From: Lama glama
Lineage: Eukaryota
Length of the DNA: 64,000 nt
Reading direction: 5' to 3'
NCBI GenBank assembly: GCA_028534125.1
Contig: CM052816.1
Location: forward strand, 62,064,001-62,128,000
Below the pieces are notes generated by a model. The model did no database searches and was not told the DNA's origin. It worked only from the letters and a program-made list of their open reading frames with translations. The position numbers and the translations under genes are program-made. Every line of letters begins with the position of its first letter. Within the stretch, counting starts at the first letter, position 1. Of the stretch, positions 35,470-48,773 are shown piece by piece.

Positions 35470-36951
35470 CAATAATTATTCCAGGAGTTCATCTGTACCT
35501 CTCTTCCTCTTCACTAAAGCTAGAAACTTGAATATATTTAGCTTTTAGGTCAAAGTACTGGTGGACATGTAAATGCCCATCTGCATAAGCACTGCAAAAT
35601 TATAGTGCTGGGATTCAAGATGTGTTTTGGATAAACCATGTACAGCTCATCTTTTTATTGTGCTGGACACTGGTGCCTCTTGTCTGACTTCAGGAATTTT
35701 CAGGCAATGGAAAACAAGAAAAGAAGTCCAAAGGCCTGATTTTTCAACCCGTGGGCAATTCTGTCTGGGAAATGGGCCAAAGGAAGAACAAGGGAAAATA
35801 TCACCAGATCTGTATGTGCCAGGTTACACATTTAGTGGAGGAAGAGAACAACAAAGCCATGAGCAGAAAAACAAAGCGTGTCGCCTCCTCCTGTCTAAAA
35901 TAGAGTATTGCTTAATGTGTCCTGCTTTCAAGATTCTAAGCATAAGACAAGACACCAAGTACACATTGGAAAAGTCATATCTGCATAGTCATCTAAAATG
36001 AGACAAGCTTAGCTTAACTAAAAAGAGTTTTATTAACAATGTAAAATGTTAAGTATTTTTATGGTCTGAGCTAATTTCGGCATGCCCTATAAGATTTAAC
36101 ACTAGGCTGATGTGCAGACATCATGCTTCAGATTTCAATTAGAACAAAATGTGATAATATTCAATTTTACATTTGAGGATAATTGTATATGTTACTACAC
36201 CATTTTCTAACGGGATTTCTTCATTCTCCAAGAAGCTGAAAAAGACACCATTGGATCAAAAGGAAATTAGTTGCCCATATGCATTGGATGAAGGTATTAG
36301 GGTTATTGTGTATTTACAAAATTTAAATACTTTTCATATATGGTGTTTGTTGCATTATAAATTAAGGTATTTTTATGTTGAAGCTCTTAGATTCTGACAG
36401 AATGGAAGACTAAACGTAATTAAGTGCAGAGAAAGCAATAGGTGAGGTGGTGTATGTTCGATTATAATACTATTTCTAATATTCACTGGATTTTTGAACA
36501 GTTTTGCAGTTTTCAATAGATTTCTATGTTGAAAGACTCTCATATATGATAAATTGTTAACATGAGATCAGCAAGAGCTATAGATATACTATTATACATG
36601 AAATAGTTTTTCTCTGTATAATACACTTAAAAAAAACCTTTAAATAATTTAAAAATCATAATTCCTGCATCTGTCATGGTGTGGTTTGGAGCAGACATGT
36701 GCAATGTCAGCTTTAAAAATCCTTTTAAAAACAGCCTGCTTTTTTAATCTGTTTTTTTTTTAATCCCTTGACAGCAGCTGCTTTCAAATGTAAAATCATT
36801 TAAAAGGGCAGGGGGAGGCAGATAAAAGTAATAAGGAAGCATAGAAAACATAGTCAGAAACCAGTAACCGTGGTTCAGCTGTCCGGAGGTCCTCGGGTCC
36901 TGTGAGATTTTCAGGTCTTCCCAGTGGTGGGTTTCCAGGAGGCATCGCCTA

Positions 36952-37065
<114 letters not shown>

Positions 37066-37122
37066 TCAGATGAAACAACCTGTATTTTATAAACTGGCCT
37101 TAAAAATCCACCAGCTTTGAAT

Positions 37123-37370
37123 CAAAGTTTCTTGACCTCAGCAAATGTCAGCACTGTTGACATTTTGGACCAGAAAATTTGGACAATTCTTTATTGCTGG
37201 GGGCTGTTCTGAGCCTAGCAGGGTGTTTAGCAGCGTCCCTGGCCTCTACTCACTAGCTGCCAGTAGCACTCCCCTACCAGTTGTGACCACCAAAAATGTC
37301 CCCAGATGTGGCCAAATGTTCCTGGGGTGGGGTGAGGGTGGAGCGAATAGCCCACAGTTGAGAATCATTG
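37123..37370 (-). mobile_element. MER20-like hAT element
   Basis: gtttagcagcgtccctggcctctactcactag...ccagttgtgaccaccaaaaatgtc...gttgagaatcattg. Confidence 0.8.
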
Positions 37371-37424
37371 CTCAGAATTAAATTTGAACTGCTTAGAGGC
37401 AATCTTTCAGTTGGGAGATGTACA

Positions 37425-37670
37425 TCTTCTTAGAAAGAGCCCATGCTTTGGAGTAAAGTTGGCTTCTTTTCTGAACTCGACTCTATTTACCAGCTCTGTG
37501 ACTTTGAACAAATTACTTAAGCTCATTAAGTTTCATTGTTCCCAGATGTTAAAAAAAAACTTATCTTAGGTGAGGATTAAATGAAATAATACGTGAAAAA
37601 CATTTAGCTTGGATGGGGGACCTTGGTGCCTAACATGGAGGAAGCATTCGATAAATACAGTTATTATTAA
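37425..37670 (+). mobile_element. MIR SINE
   Basis: ttaccagctctgtgactttgaacaaattacttaa...gtgaggattaaatgaaataat. Confidence 0.75.
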
Positions 37671-37854
37671 CTATTTCCCTTTACAAAGGACCATTGTCTT
37701 ATCTCCATTCACCTACTTTATGCCTCAGGAAGAAGTTTCAACTATTCCTTGTTGAGTCTTTTCTATAGATATCTGCACACAAGGGCATTTAGAGAAGATT
37801 GTCAGCTGTTGAGGTCCTGTTTTGTTTTGAAATTTTTAGTACGATGACAAGTAG

Positions 37855-38152
37855 AGAAACAGGTGGGGGGCATAAATTAGGAGTTTGGGCTTACATATAC
37901 ACTCTACTAAATATAAAACAGAAACAACAAGGACCTACTGTATAGCACAGGGAATTATACTCAGTATCTTGTAATAACCTATAATGGAAAATAATCTGAA
38001 AAAGAGTGTATATATATGTATGTGTATACACACACATATACAACACATAAACACACACACACATATATATAAATATATAAATTAATCACTTTGCTGTACT
38101 CTTGAAACTAACACAATATTGTAAATCAACTATACTTCAATCAAAAAAAAAT
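37855..38152 (+). mobile_element. 5'-truncated L1 3' end (cetartiodactyl type) with internal (CA)/(TA) repeat
   Basis: ataaattaggagtttggg...caaggacctactgtatagcacaggga...gtaaatcaactatacttcaat plus poly(A). TSD not resolved. Confidence 0.85.
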
Positions 38153-39760
38153 AAGTAATCTGGTTTGAGTAGCTGGGGTTTATGAAATAGTGTAGTTCAA
38201 CAGAGAGGGTGGTAAATACAGGCTGTTGGAACAGAACTGGCCAGTGTGGGTCCAAGAGGCTGGAGAAGGACCCCAAGGAAATAACCTAGAAATTGCCAAC
38301 GGGTACAGCACTAGGATATGGTCAGAATGGAACCAGGGGCAACAAAACGGCTGGTTGGCTCTGGCAACTCCTATATACATAAGTTTTGCCAGGACTAGTT
38401 GCACTGCCCTCCCAGAGCAGAGCTAAGATGTTCCCTCCTTTCCCCATCCTAATCTTGAAGATACAAAGCCTTGGAAAAGAGCCCAGAATCAGGAGTTAGA
38501 TGAAGAGATGGGTATAGTGAAGAACATGCCCCTCTTCAATAAAACTGCCTTCTAGAAGTGGCTGGTGTTCTTGATTATTGAGCCTTAGATGCTCAGGAAA
38601 CTGTCAAGAACAAAAATGAGTCTTGGCTTTCTGGTTTTCTTACATAAATTGTCATCCAAGGTCCTGGGTTTTCCCTCCCTGTCCCCAAAGGCTCTCATGT
38701 GTCATACTTATTTGCAAATGAGTGTCACCCACCGAGTTGACAGTGTTCCTCGGAATGCTCACTGTGTTGTACACTTTGGTGCAACTGGAGTAGCAAGTCA
38801 GAGCCAGCGGAGAAAACAGGCGCCCCAGCTGGGCACATCAGATTAATCAAACACAGCCCACTCACCCAGTCTCTGCAGATTAAGATCCTCTCTTAAGGCT
38901 CGTGCTCTGTTTACGTGGAGAAAAACAGGACCCTCTTTGTCCTTTTCATAGTGAAAAATAATTCACTACAATCTGGATGTCAACATTTGGAGACTAAAAA
39001 TAGGACAGCTCTTTTTTTTAACAGTTAAACTTGCCCCAAATAGTTAAGATGCTGAAAGCAATGTCAAATCCTATCCATAAGCCTGATTTCTCAGAAGAAT
39101 CTCTCAGAGATGAATCACGATATATTTGGAGCAGAAAGACATGATCACCATACTTTCTCATCATTTTGGGGACTTTTACTTCTTTAACCACCAAGTGATC
39201 AGTGAACTTAACCTAATTGGATGTGGCAAAGATACAGCAGACTCTGAAGGGTAAAGAATTTTTTATCTTTTGGTGTCTCTTTGAATACTGACTACACTTC
39301 CTGAAACTCAAGTTCAACTGGAATTCCATGCTCCTTGGGACAGATTCACCAAAACAATGAAGATACTAATAGGAAAGAAAGGTCTTGTTTCTATTTCTTT
39401 GAGACTTGGAGACCTATTTCCTGAATTCCCCGTATACTTCCCCTTTCTCCAAACATTTAAGAGATTTGGGGGTGACCTCACAGATATTTATACATTATAA
39501 AATGCAATTCTGATACGTATTGTTCTGATTATTTGAGGAAATGTCTACATTCACTTGCATGTTGTATTTACAAAAAAATGTGCGTGTGTGCTAGGGTGGT
39601 GTATTTGCTCCCACTCTCTCTTTTTTATGTGTTAAAAGCACACAGGTATCATACAGGTATTATGAGATTTCTATCAAGACTGACCCTTGTATCTGTGCAT
39701 TCATCACGGTGAATCAAAAAACCTTTTGTGCTATTGAAATTCTCCTCATTCAACCTTCTT

Positions 39761-39780
39761 TATATATATATATATATATA
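39761..39780. repeat. (TA)10 microsatellite
   Basis: Read directly from the sequence. Confidence 0.9.
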
Positions 39781-40746
39781 AAACATTCACCTGTGAGCGC
39801 TATATATACACATGAGCACACACATACACGTATAGCATTCACAAGTGAGTAAGAAGTGTTAGAATTGATGAGAAATTGCTTAGATGTTAAGCAAAAGACA
39901 GGCTGCCTATTAAGGACGACTGCTGGGTTGGGGCATTTTGTTGAGCATTTGTGACACCTTTGCCTAGCCCAGAGCTTGTCTGATCATCACCTAGGGCTGA
40001 GGTGACACAAAAGCTCAAAAAATTCTTGGCAGAAATTCAGAGCGGCTTTCTACACCCTAGGAAGCTGACACCTGCTGTAAATGCTGAAATTTCACCGAGC
40101 AGTAAGGATGCCTGGAATGGTTTGAAGTGCATTCAACTCCAGGGAAAGGTGTCCTTCCACATTGACCGAAATCCTGTTTCTGAAGTGAGGGGCTGTCAAC
40201 AGAATGTGAGCAAAACGCAATGTTTCCCTACTCATCCTAAACTTTCTGGGCTAGTCCATCTGAACTTGTTGGGAAATCTTTGATTTTTATTGCAAATGTT
40301 TGAGACTTTTATAGTATCTTTTCTCCAAAGTGCATACTCTCAGAGAACTGTAACCTAGAACAGTTTTAAATGTGAAAATAAAAAGTGAAGCAGGAAAGCA
40401 CAGGAAAAAGTGAAAGAAAAGGAGGTTAGGAAATTCAGCCATCAGTAAGTTCAAACCCCAGTCATTCAACGTTTAATTCACAGATACTACTAAAGCCAAG
40501 GACACTGGCGTTCCCCAGGGTACAGTAATACCATTTCTCCATAGCTCAATTTTCTTTCGCTAATAAAAGTTTTCCTTACATAGATGCTATGTTAAGAAAC
40601 AGAAGGACATGACAATGAGATGTTTTCAAATAATAAACTGAGTGTTTGGATTTAAAGCTATGTTCTCAAAGTCAAGAGAAGTGCTTATAATGGACCTGCA
40701 GTTGCAAATTTCTATTCCAGACAAAAAGAGATCTTCAGTTAATTCC

Positions 40747-40930
40747 CTGGGTTGTCAAACCTTAGCTGTGTCAGCTTCATCTGAGGGGCTTATTGAAGCA
40801 CACATTGCTGGCCCCAACTCCAGAGTTTCTGAATCAGTGGGTCTGAGGGGGGCCAGACAATGCACACTTCTTACAAGTTCCCAGACCTGCTGATACTTCT
40901 GGTCTTGAGACCACAATTTGAAAACCACTG
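40747..40930. mobile_element. MER5A-like hAT element
   Basis: attgctggccccaactccagagtttctgaatcagtgggtctg...acaagttccca...gaccacaatttgaaaaccactg. Confidence 0.8.
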
Positions 40931-41442
40931 AATTAATCAAAGTCCTGCTAAGTGCAAGGCTCCATGTCAGGTGCTGGAGGGGTAACACCAGATGGGTCCT
41001 AATAGAAACATGATCCTTGGCTTCCAGGATCTTTTGAGTAACTAGGAGGCTTCTTTAGAAATGCAATTAGAGAGACATGAATACAATGCTATGAGAATTC
41101 CCGGAGCGGGGAAATTACTCCCATCTGGAGGAGTAGAAAGACCTTCATGGAAGATGCCTGGGGCCTCAGTGTTCATGCTGGGCTACAAGAGATGCTGAGA
41201 ACTTGAACATTTGGTGAAGTAGGGGGGCCGGCGTTCTGGCTGGAGGAAGCAGTGTGAACAAGACAGGGAGGTCAAAGGCAGCTTGAATTTGGGTCCAAGT
41301 AAACAGTCCATCTGGCTGTAATGAAGGGCATATGAAGGAAGGGATAGTACAAAACAGAACTACTTAGCGTTCCCTAAATAGGGCCGTACCTTCCCTTGCC
41401 TCCCTGCCTTTATGCATGCCATTTCTTTTTCCAGAAAAGTCC

Positions 41443-41619
41443 TTTTTAAAAATTTTTCTTTTTTGTTTAAAAAATGGTTTCATTATTTTTAAATTTTATT
41501 TTTAGGGGGGTAATTAGGTTTATTTATTTATTTATTGCTAATGGAGGTACTGGGGATTGAACCCAGGACCTTGTACATGATAAACAGGCCCTCTAACACT
41601 GACCTGTACCCTCCTTCCC
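41443..41619 (-). mobile_element. tRNA-Ala-derived SINE, copy 5
   Basis: gggtaattaggtttatttattt...ggaggtactggggattgaacccaggacc. TSD core gaaaagtc at 41434-41441 and 41622-41629. Confidence 0.88.
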
Positions 41620-41749
41620 TGGAAAAGTCTTCTCTGATTGCTCCAGGCGTCTGCCTCCCTCCACGCTTCCATTCATCTGTAGACAATGGCTACAGCCCTT
41701 GGTACACTGTCTGCCTCCAACCCTGTCTGTCCACCATTCTATAAGCAGC

Positions 41750-42800
41750 CCTTTACGAAAATCTTAATAAATTTCCCTGTGCTGCCCAGCTCTTTATCTC
41801 CCACTCCTCAACCCTGCTTAATGAGGCTTCCACGCCCCAGATTCCAAGGAAGCTGCTTTTGCCAGCATCACCAGTGACCCTGATTGCTGCATCCTATGAA
41901 CACCCTCAGTTCTGTCCAGCTTAACTACCCCACACTCAGCCATCCTTCCTTTCAACTTTCTTATTTCATCATGCTGACTCTTTTTCTCAGTCCCCTTTGT
42001 AAACTGCTCTTCCTTCCCCTCCAACTTTACATTTTGGTATTTCAGGGCTATTCTCCATGCACACTCGCTTTGGGTGGTTTCAATCATTTTTAAGGCTTCA
42101 GTTACCACTGTGCTTATGATGTTTAAATATGTATTTCCAGCACTTCCAGCTTGCATGTGTCCCTCAGCATAAGCCTTGTACTTCACTACAACCACTGAGC
42201 ATCGCTCTCGGGGTCCCCCCACGTCCAGAACTTCAGTCATCCCGCTTTCTACCTCTGCTGCTACTGCTCTACTCTCTCTGTGTATCGACACCACCATTCA
42301 CTCTGCTTTCCAAGTCCGAACCCGGGTTTCTTCTTGATTCTGCCTTCTCCCTTACGTACTTCATCCAGCTGGTCATATCTTCTTCCCCAAGCCCTGGCTT
42401 TACGTCCAGTTGTAAGCATTTCTCACCTGGCTGACTGCACTTGCTTACTAACTGAATCCCTCCAATGGCCTCAGGGTTAAATCCAAACCTCTTGCCGTGA
42501 GCTACAGGGACCTTAATGATACAGCCACTTTACCTTTCTAGTCTCTCTCTTAAGCCTCTTTTCTAACCATTTTTCTGATGAATGAAGTGCTTGTAGTTCA
42601 TCAGAATGCCCTACTCATTCACCTTCCCACAGCTTCACATTCAGAATCTTCTGTCTAGACTGCCCTTTTCCCAACTTTTTCTCTGGCTAATTTTGATGCA
42701 CCTAAAAAATAATCTCAGCTCAGACACTTTTCAAAAAGGAATTCTCAATTACTCCCATGCCCTCCCTCCACATTTACAACTAAAATCTGGCTAGGTGAGA
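41750..42800 (+). mobile_element. L2 LINE fragments
   Basis: Pyrimidine-rich L2 motifs (catcaccagtgaccc, ggcttcagttaccac, cttgattctgccttctccct, aaatccaaacctctt). Confidence 0.6.
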
Positions 42801-42886
42801 ATCCAGCATGCCCTTGTGGTAATTGGTGTCTATGGCATTATGGCATTGTTATCTTTTAAGCACTATTTTTTTTTTTGGTCTTTCCA

Positions 42887-42888
<2 letters not shown>

Positions 42889-42922
<34 letters not shown>
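42889..42922. repeat. (TG)17 microsatellite
   Basis: Perfect dinucleotide run, read directly. Confidence 0.95.
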
Positions 42923-42925
<3 letters not shown>

Positions 42926-45900
42926 GGTGTTTCCAGAATTCACATGCCATACCCTGAAGGCGCCATCACAATCTCTGCAAGGCGAGGCATGTCTGTTTCA
43001 CTTAAAAAAAGCTTTCCAGGTGATTCTCACCCCATTCTTCCTGTTGCGATGGAGAATCTCTAGGAGGAGAGACATCTCCAGCACCTGAGACAGAACACAG
43101 CCCATCACAGGTGACCATCACATGTTGGATAATGGCAGGGGCAATAGATGCTGAGGGGAGAATTCTGTTCTTTCTTCAAAAGACAATATGCAGGCACTTA
43201 ATATTTGTGAGGAGAGGCTCAACATAATCAGAGTAATGTATTAGGAAAGAGATGTGTCATCAGTGATGAGTGTGTTAGATGGGAGGAGAGAGAGAGGGAT
43301 TACATATGTCACACTGAATCCTGGGAAGGTTGTAGAGATTGCAAAGGATACAGGGCAACCCATAAAACCACCCTGAGTGACAGCTGGACACCAGCTTGAA
43401 GCACAGCAAGTCTTTATATGAGGCCCTGGGGAAGGACCTAAAAGGTCATCTCCAGGCTAGCAGGTGGCATAACTGCCCAGTGTTCTTCACCCTGACATCA
43501 GAGAACTCTTCCACCTGCCATGGCTAGGTTGTTTCCAGTTAGATGTCCAGACTGGAGTGGATCAAGGGTGTGGGGAGTGGGGAACTGTTCCTAGACTCAG
43601 TTTAGCCTGGGGCAGGGCTGTCCCCATTCTAGAACAGCCCCAGTTCCTGACTGATCCACTTCAGATGGACTTTAACTTATTGTATCAACAACCAAGTTCC
43701 AGGCAAGAGTAAATGTACTGACACACCACACAGTGTTCATTAAGTCAGAATTTTGGAAAAGGTGAAACTGTCTTTCAGGCTTAATTTATTCCTGCAATGT
43801 TTTGTTTGATTACAGCCTGGATTTAGAAGATGCTCGTCCTTCACTTCCTAGTCTTCTGTTAGCCTTTGTCAGTAACCTTGTGGGCTCTCTACAGGTGGTT
43901 CCATTTGTAATCCATTTGACACAGCAAGACTATCATAATTAATGAAGCTCCCTACAGTACTGCCAGTGACCCAGAATGTAGGACAGGAGAGGCGCTGATG
44001 CAGAGGGAAGGACAGCGAGCCGAGAGCCAGGAGACCTGGGCGCTGTCGGGAGGCTGCTGTGGAGCCGCCGCAGAATGAGAGTCTAACCTCTCTTTTGTGC
44101 ACCTCTTTGTCTTAAACTGGAAACAAGGGAAGGAAAAGACCCTAAATGCAGGCAGAGTCACTAACCATTACAATTTGTGCTCTTGGCCACCTTCCTCTAT
44201 TTGCCACTGAAAATCAGTTTAAAGCAGATTGTTGCTGAGTCAAGTTTTGACTGTAGTGGGACAGGGAGGGGGTGGAGATACAATTAAATCTTTAAATGCT
44301 ACAATCGACATGGAACGGTTTCTGAGTTGAGGACTGGGATGGAACCTGGAGAACAGGGAGATCTGAGTATTTCCACTGCTGGCTCCCCACCCCCGCTTGC
44401 CTGGCAAGATTTTCCTATGGTCAGGGTTTGAGTAGGAAAAAGAGGGACCAGGAAGGAGCAGTATCTTTTCCTTTTTTCTCTCTGCTTAAAGCACACATGT
44501 AAATAGGATAAAAAGAGAAAGGAAAGAAGCAGCCAGAAGGAAAACAGATGGCTTTCTATAATGCTTTTCATCCAGTCGGAATTATGTTTTGACAATACGG
44601 TCCTGCAGAAAAAACTGGAATACATCTTTCCTCATTACACCCCACACCATTTTCTGCATAGATAGACCTGTATAATACATAAATTGCCTGAAAAGAATTC
44701 CAGGAAGGTTCTGGGTTAGCCCCTGTGCTCTATGTTGGTGGACACAGTCAGAGAGAGGAAACTGGCTGATTAGTTCATTAAAATGGTGCTCTATGCATCT
44801 GCTGAAAAGTGCTCCCAGAGTGACTCCAAGAGACCAACTCTCCTTCCCTCAGGCCATCTCTGACCCCTCCAGTGGAGATTCACGTCCCCCTTCTCTGCTG
44901 GTCAGCTCCCAGTGACGTCCTACTGTAAGCACCCATTTAACACTGGGGACAGGGATGTATCTTCACCTGCTAAGGATTCCTGTCTCTCCCCAAAGGAATA
45001 AACCTAAGTTTCCCATCAGATTTCACCTCAATTTATTGTTTTAAAATCACACTGCATTACTCCCTCCTGAGGAAGTCCTTCTATCTCCTAGTGTTTTCCT
45101 TTTCATGCCCCAGATGCATTTAAGGTTTGAGTCCTGGGCATCCCTTATTTGGATTTTTCCCTATGACTTGTGTTTTTACCTAGCATACTGATCATTCATT
45201 ACTATTATTAAATTTTTAAACTGTTTAAAATTCAAATGACTTTTTCTGTTTAAAAAGTAATACAAAGTTACACAAAATAGTTCTCGTATACTTTTTATAA
45301 TTACAGAAATGTCCTAAGTAAACAAAATACAGTTTCTGCTTTTCCAATAATGCCTGGTTCAGAAGCTGGTGGATGAACTCACTACATGAAGAGGGAATGT
45401 TTCAGATGGTTTCAACATATAGGCTCCGTGGCACCCATGAACTCTGTCCTGGGGGGCCCCACATAGTCATCCTCCTGGGGTAAAAGCAGAGGCCCATGTG
45501 CTGCTGATTGGGGGAGACTTGTCAGACACATTAAGGAGCTGAGGATGGCTTCCGACATGAGCCCCAAATCCAGTCTCAGGGATCGAGGTTCTGAAGAGTA
45601 GGTTCAAGGTCAACCTCTCACGGACCCGATACACAGCCTGCTTCAGAGTGAACAGCTGCCAGGCTTGTTCTGTTTGGTGATGATTTGGAGTTTTCTGACA
45701 TGTAAATTTCCCAAAGTTAAATGACTTGTCCCAGGGTACAAAGCCGGTCCACGGCAGGGCCGGCATTGGAACCCAAAGCTAGCCTTACCCATGCTGATTT
45801 CTAGCAGCCAGCTCGCATGCTGTGGTTCAGAGGGCTCTCGTCACTACAGCGTGCGGTAGTAAAACACTGCTTTCTTGCAAACCCTGCGAGGTTTCCCAAG

Positions 45901-46539
45901 CACTATACCCAGGGCTCAAGTCAACAAGCCTTGCTCACCAGGCCCCCAGGGGGTGCTTGCCGTTAACCTGCTGCACCACTCCGCCTGCAGCAGTTTCTGA
46001 CACCCGCCTCCATCCCTGGAGGCTCAGGTCACACTAGCACTCAGCCTCTTCTGTCTGCTGTTCTCACGTCCACCTCTCCGCCTTCTGCCTCTCTGCTCCC
46101 TGAGCCAAGCGGCGCTCCAGCTCTGCTGCCAAGTCCTTTCCTCCGCACTCACAGGCAAGCAGCCCTCTGTCCTCCCTCCCGCCTAGGCTCTGCTCCATGG
46201 AAACAAGAGGAGTTTCTTTCTCCTCTCTAAAAATCCTTTCCCCACCTCCATGGACCACTCTCTGAAGCTCATGCTTCACCGAAGGCTGCTCTGGCCGCAT
46301 TTGCTTAGTGAAAGTGATGATTACTAGTCCTTTGTACCTGTCTTCAGACCCTGGGGTTGCAAAGTTGGGTGCAGTTTTAACAAACGTTTATCTATGCTGG
46401 GTGTTACTCTACGTTCCAGGCATTTCTCTAGGTACTGAAGGTACAATAGTTAACAAAAGCATACAGAGGCCCTCACAGAACTTACATTCTCGTGAATCCC
46501 CCTGTTGCCTTTCTGTGTTAGGGTGTATACCTCATAGGG

Positions 46540-47590
46540 TGGTTCTGGAGACAGACTATCCCAGCCTTTCTACTTACAGTCTGTGTGACCTTGGCCAAGT
46601 TAGTTAACTTCTCTGTGCCTCAGTTTCCTGTAAATTGGGAACCATGACTAGCATTTCCCTCAAAGGGGTTATTAGAATTAAGTAAGTTAATTTGGTTAAT
46701 ACCTCTAAGGTATTTAGGATAGTGGCTGGGATATTGTGATTTATAATAAGAAATATATCCACCTAAATAGATAGGGATACAGACACAGATGTAGATATAG
46801 ATATGGTCTTTGACCTCATTCCTGGTACAGAGCTACTAAAGCTCTCTAGGAACTTCCTAAGAGAGAAATCAAGGTGTCTTTTGTTATGTTAATGGTGTGA
46901 CTTTTGGAAAACATCTGAGGATGGGGGCTAGTTGGTAGGAAAACCAACCATGTGGTTAGAGGGCTGGAACTTTGAATCCCACCCTGTGACCTCCAGGAGA
47001 GGCCCTGGAAGTTGAATCAATTGCCAGTGGCCAATGATTTAAGCAATCATGCCTATGTAAGGAAGCCTCCATAAAACCCCCAAAGGACAGGGTTTGGAGA
47101 GTTTCTGAGTTGGCAGGTACAGGGAGGCTGGGGAGAGTGGCAGGTACTCTCTCCCACACCTTGCCTTATGCATCTCTTCCGTCTGGCTGCTCCTCAGTTA
47201 TACTGTGTAATAATAAATGGTGATCTGGCAAGTAAAATGTTTCTCCGAGTTCTGTGAGCTGTTCTAGCCAGTTAATTGAACCTAAGGAAGGGTTCATTGG
47301 ACTCTCCAGTCTATAGCCAGCCAGATGGTCTGAAGCACGGGGGACAACCTGGACTTGTGATTGGCGTCTGACATGGCAGGGCGGGTCGCCTGTAGGACTG
47401 AACTCTTAACTTTTGGAATCTGATGTTATCTCATTTGTATCAGAATTCAGTTGACTTGGAGGACACCCAGTTGGTGTCCCAGCATTGCTTGGTGTTGTGG
47501 AAACCACCCCCCTCACATTGGAACTGGACGCAGAATCACAGTGGCACACTGTAAGTTCTCAATGTATGTTAATTATTACTATTACTGTTT
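46540..47590 (+). mobile_element. MIR SINE split by a MER21-type LTR
   Basis: ctgtgtgaccttggccaagttagttaacttctctgtgcctcagtttcct on the left; the MIR tail (cacactgtaagttctcaat...attattact) resumes at 47541. Confidence 0.8.
46727..47540 (+). mobile_element. MER21-type solo LTR, 814 bp
   Basis: Starts tgggatattgtgatttataataagaaatatat and ends gaatcaca. Perfect 5-bp TSD gtggc at 46722-46726 and 47541-47545; internal tggccaatgatttaa and cctccataaaacc motifs. Confidence 0.88.
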
Positions 47591-47944
47591 TTAGATAACT
47601 GAATATCTCGATGACAGGGATCTTCCTTTGGAAGTGTTAAGTCTCTTCCACCTTAAAGGCAGGGGCCAAGTCTTCAGTCCTTTTGTGTTTGCTACACCTT
47701 GTGTAGAGTTTTCACAGCATGGACAAGGAGTTAATGCTCTCGATTGAAGGGGCCAGTGAAAGAAATGTCTGTTTTAGGATCATAGTGTTTCTCAGCTCCC
47801 CTCAGGACAGAACTGTGTTCACCTGATAAACTATTCTCAGTCTTTTGTCTTCTTGAGGACAGACAAATGTATGCGCAATGCCTCCTATTATTTGTGTAAA
47901 CAAACTTGCTTTAATTTCTCAAGAAACAAGACCCAAGTTTATCA

Positions 47945-48160
<216 letters not shown>

Positions 48161-48619
48161 CTAATTGTACCAGCGCTACCTTCCAGGAGGCATATATTGA
48201 ATTCACTTTGCTTTTATAAGAAAAAAAAATCTGAGACAGGTTGGCTCTGGAAGGAAGAAGCCCTCCTCTGACAAACATTGGCACCGGCGTTCTGCTGTCC
48301 CGGCCCTGGTCTCTGCCTTCAGCTGGACCCGGCTGAGGTAGAGGAGAGCCTCTGGTGCTGAGGACAGTCCTTCTGATTGCCAAGGGGAGGCAAGGACCCA
48401 CAGCTAGAACAGCAGGCGGACTCTGGGCAAAAGTGAGGCCGGGGGACGGCGTGTCCCAGGCCCGCTGGTCAGAGGGCTGTCCTGGTTCCATCGGTTCACT
48501 CTCCATCGTCTCTCGTTACTGTGACTGGAATTCAGAGTAATGCAGGTGTTAAGCATTCCCAAGGGTCAACAGTTATTAAATTGACTTGGACTGTTTTTAA
48601 AAAGTCTTCCTAGTAATTT

Positions 48620-48773
48620 TATTCTATTTTTTAAACCAAAATCATTTTAATTAATGAATTAATGGGGGTGGGGTCCTTGATTTTTTTATTTTTATTTGAT
48701 GGAGATATTGGAACTTGAACCCAGGACCTCATGCATGCTAAGCATGAGCTCTACCAGTGACCTCCCTGCTCCC
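48620..48773 (-). mobile_element. tRNA-Ala-derived SINE, copy 6 (inside a MER5-like fragment)
   Basis: ttgaacccaggacctcatgcatgctaagcatgagctctacca, flanked by a taatttta duplication. Confidence 0.82.

Noticed and set aside
35073..35492. 139-aa minus-strand ORF
   Set aside because: It spans the MADE2-like MITE and the antisense of a solo LTR; a chance open frame.
39087..39256. Possible exon (ttctcag acceptor, gtaaag donor)
   Set aside because: Stops occur in all three frames and no partner exons are evident. A non-coding exon cannot be excluded but is unsupported.
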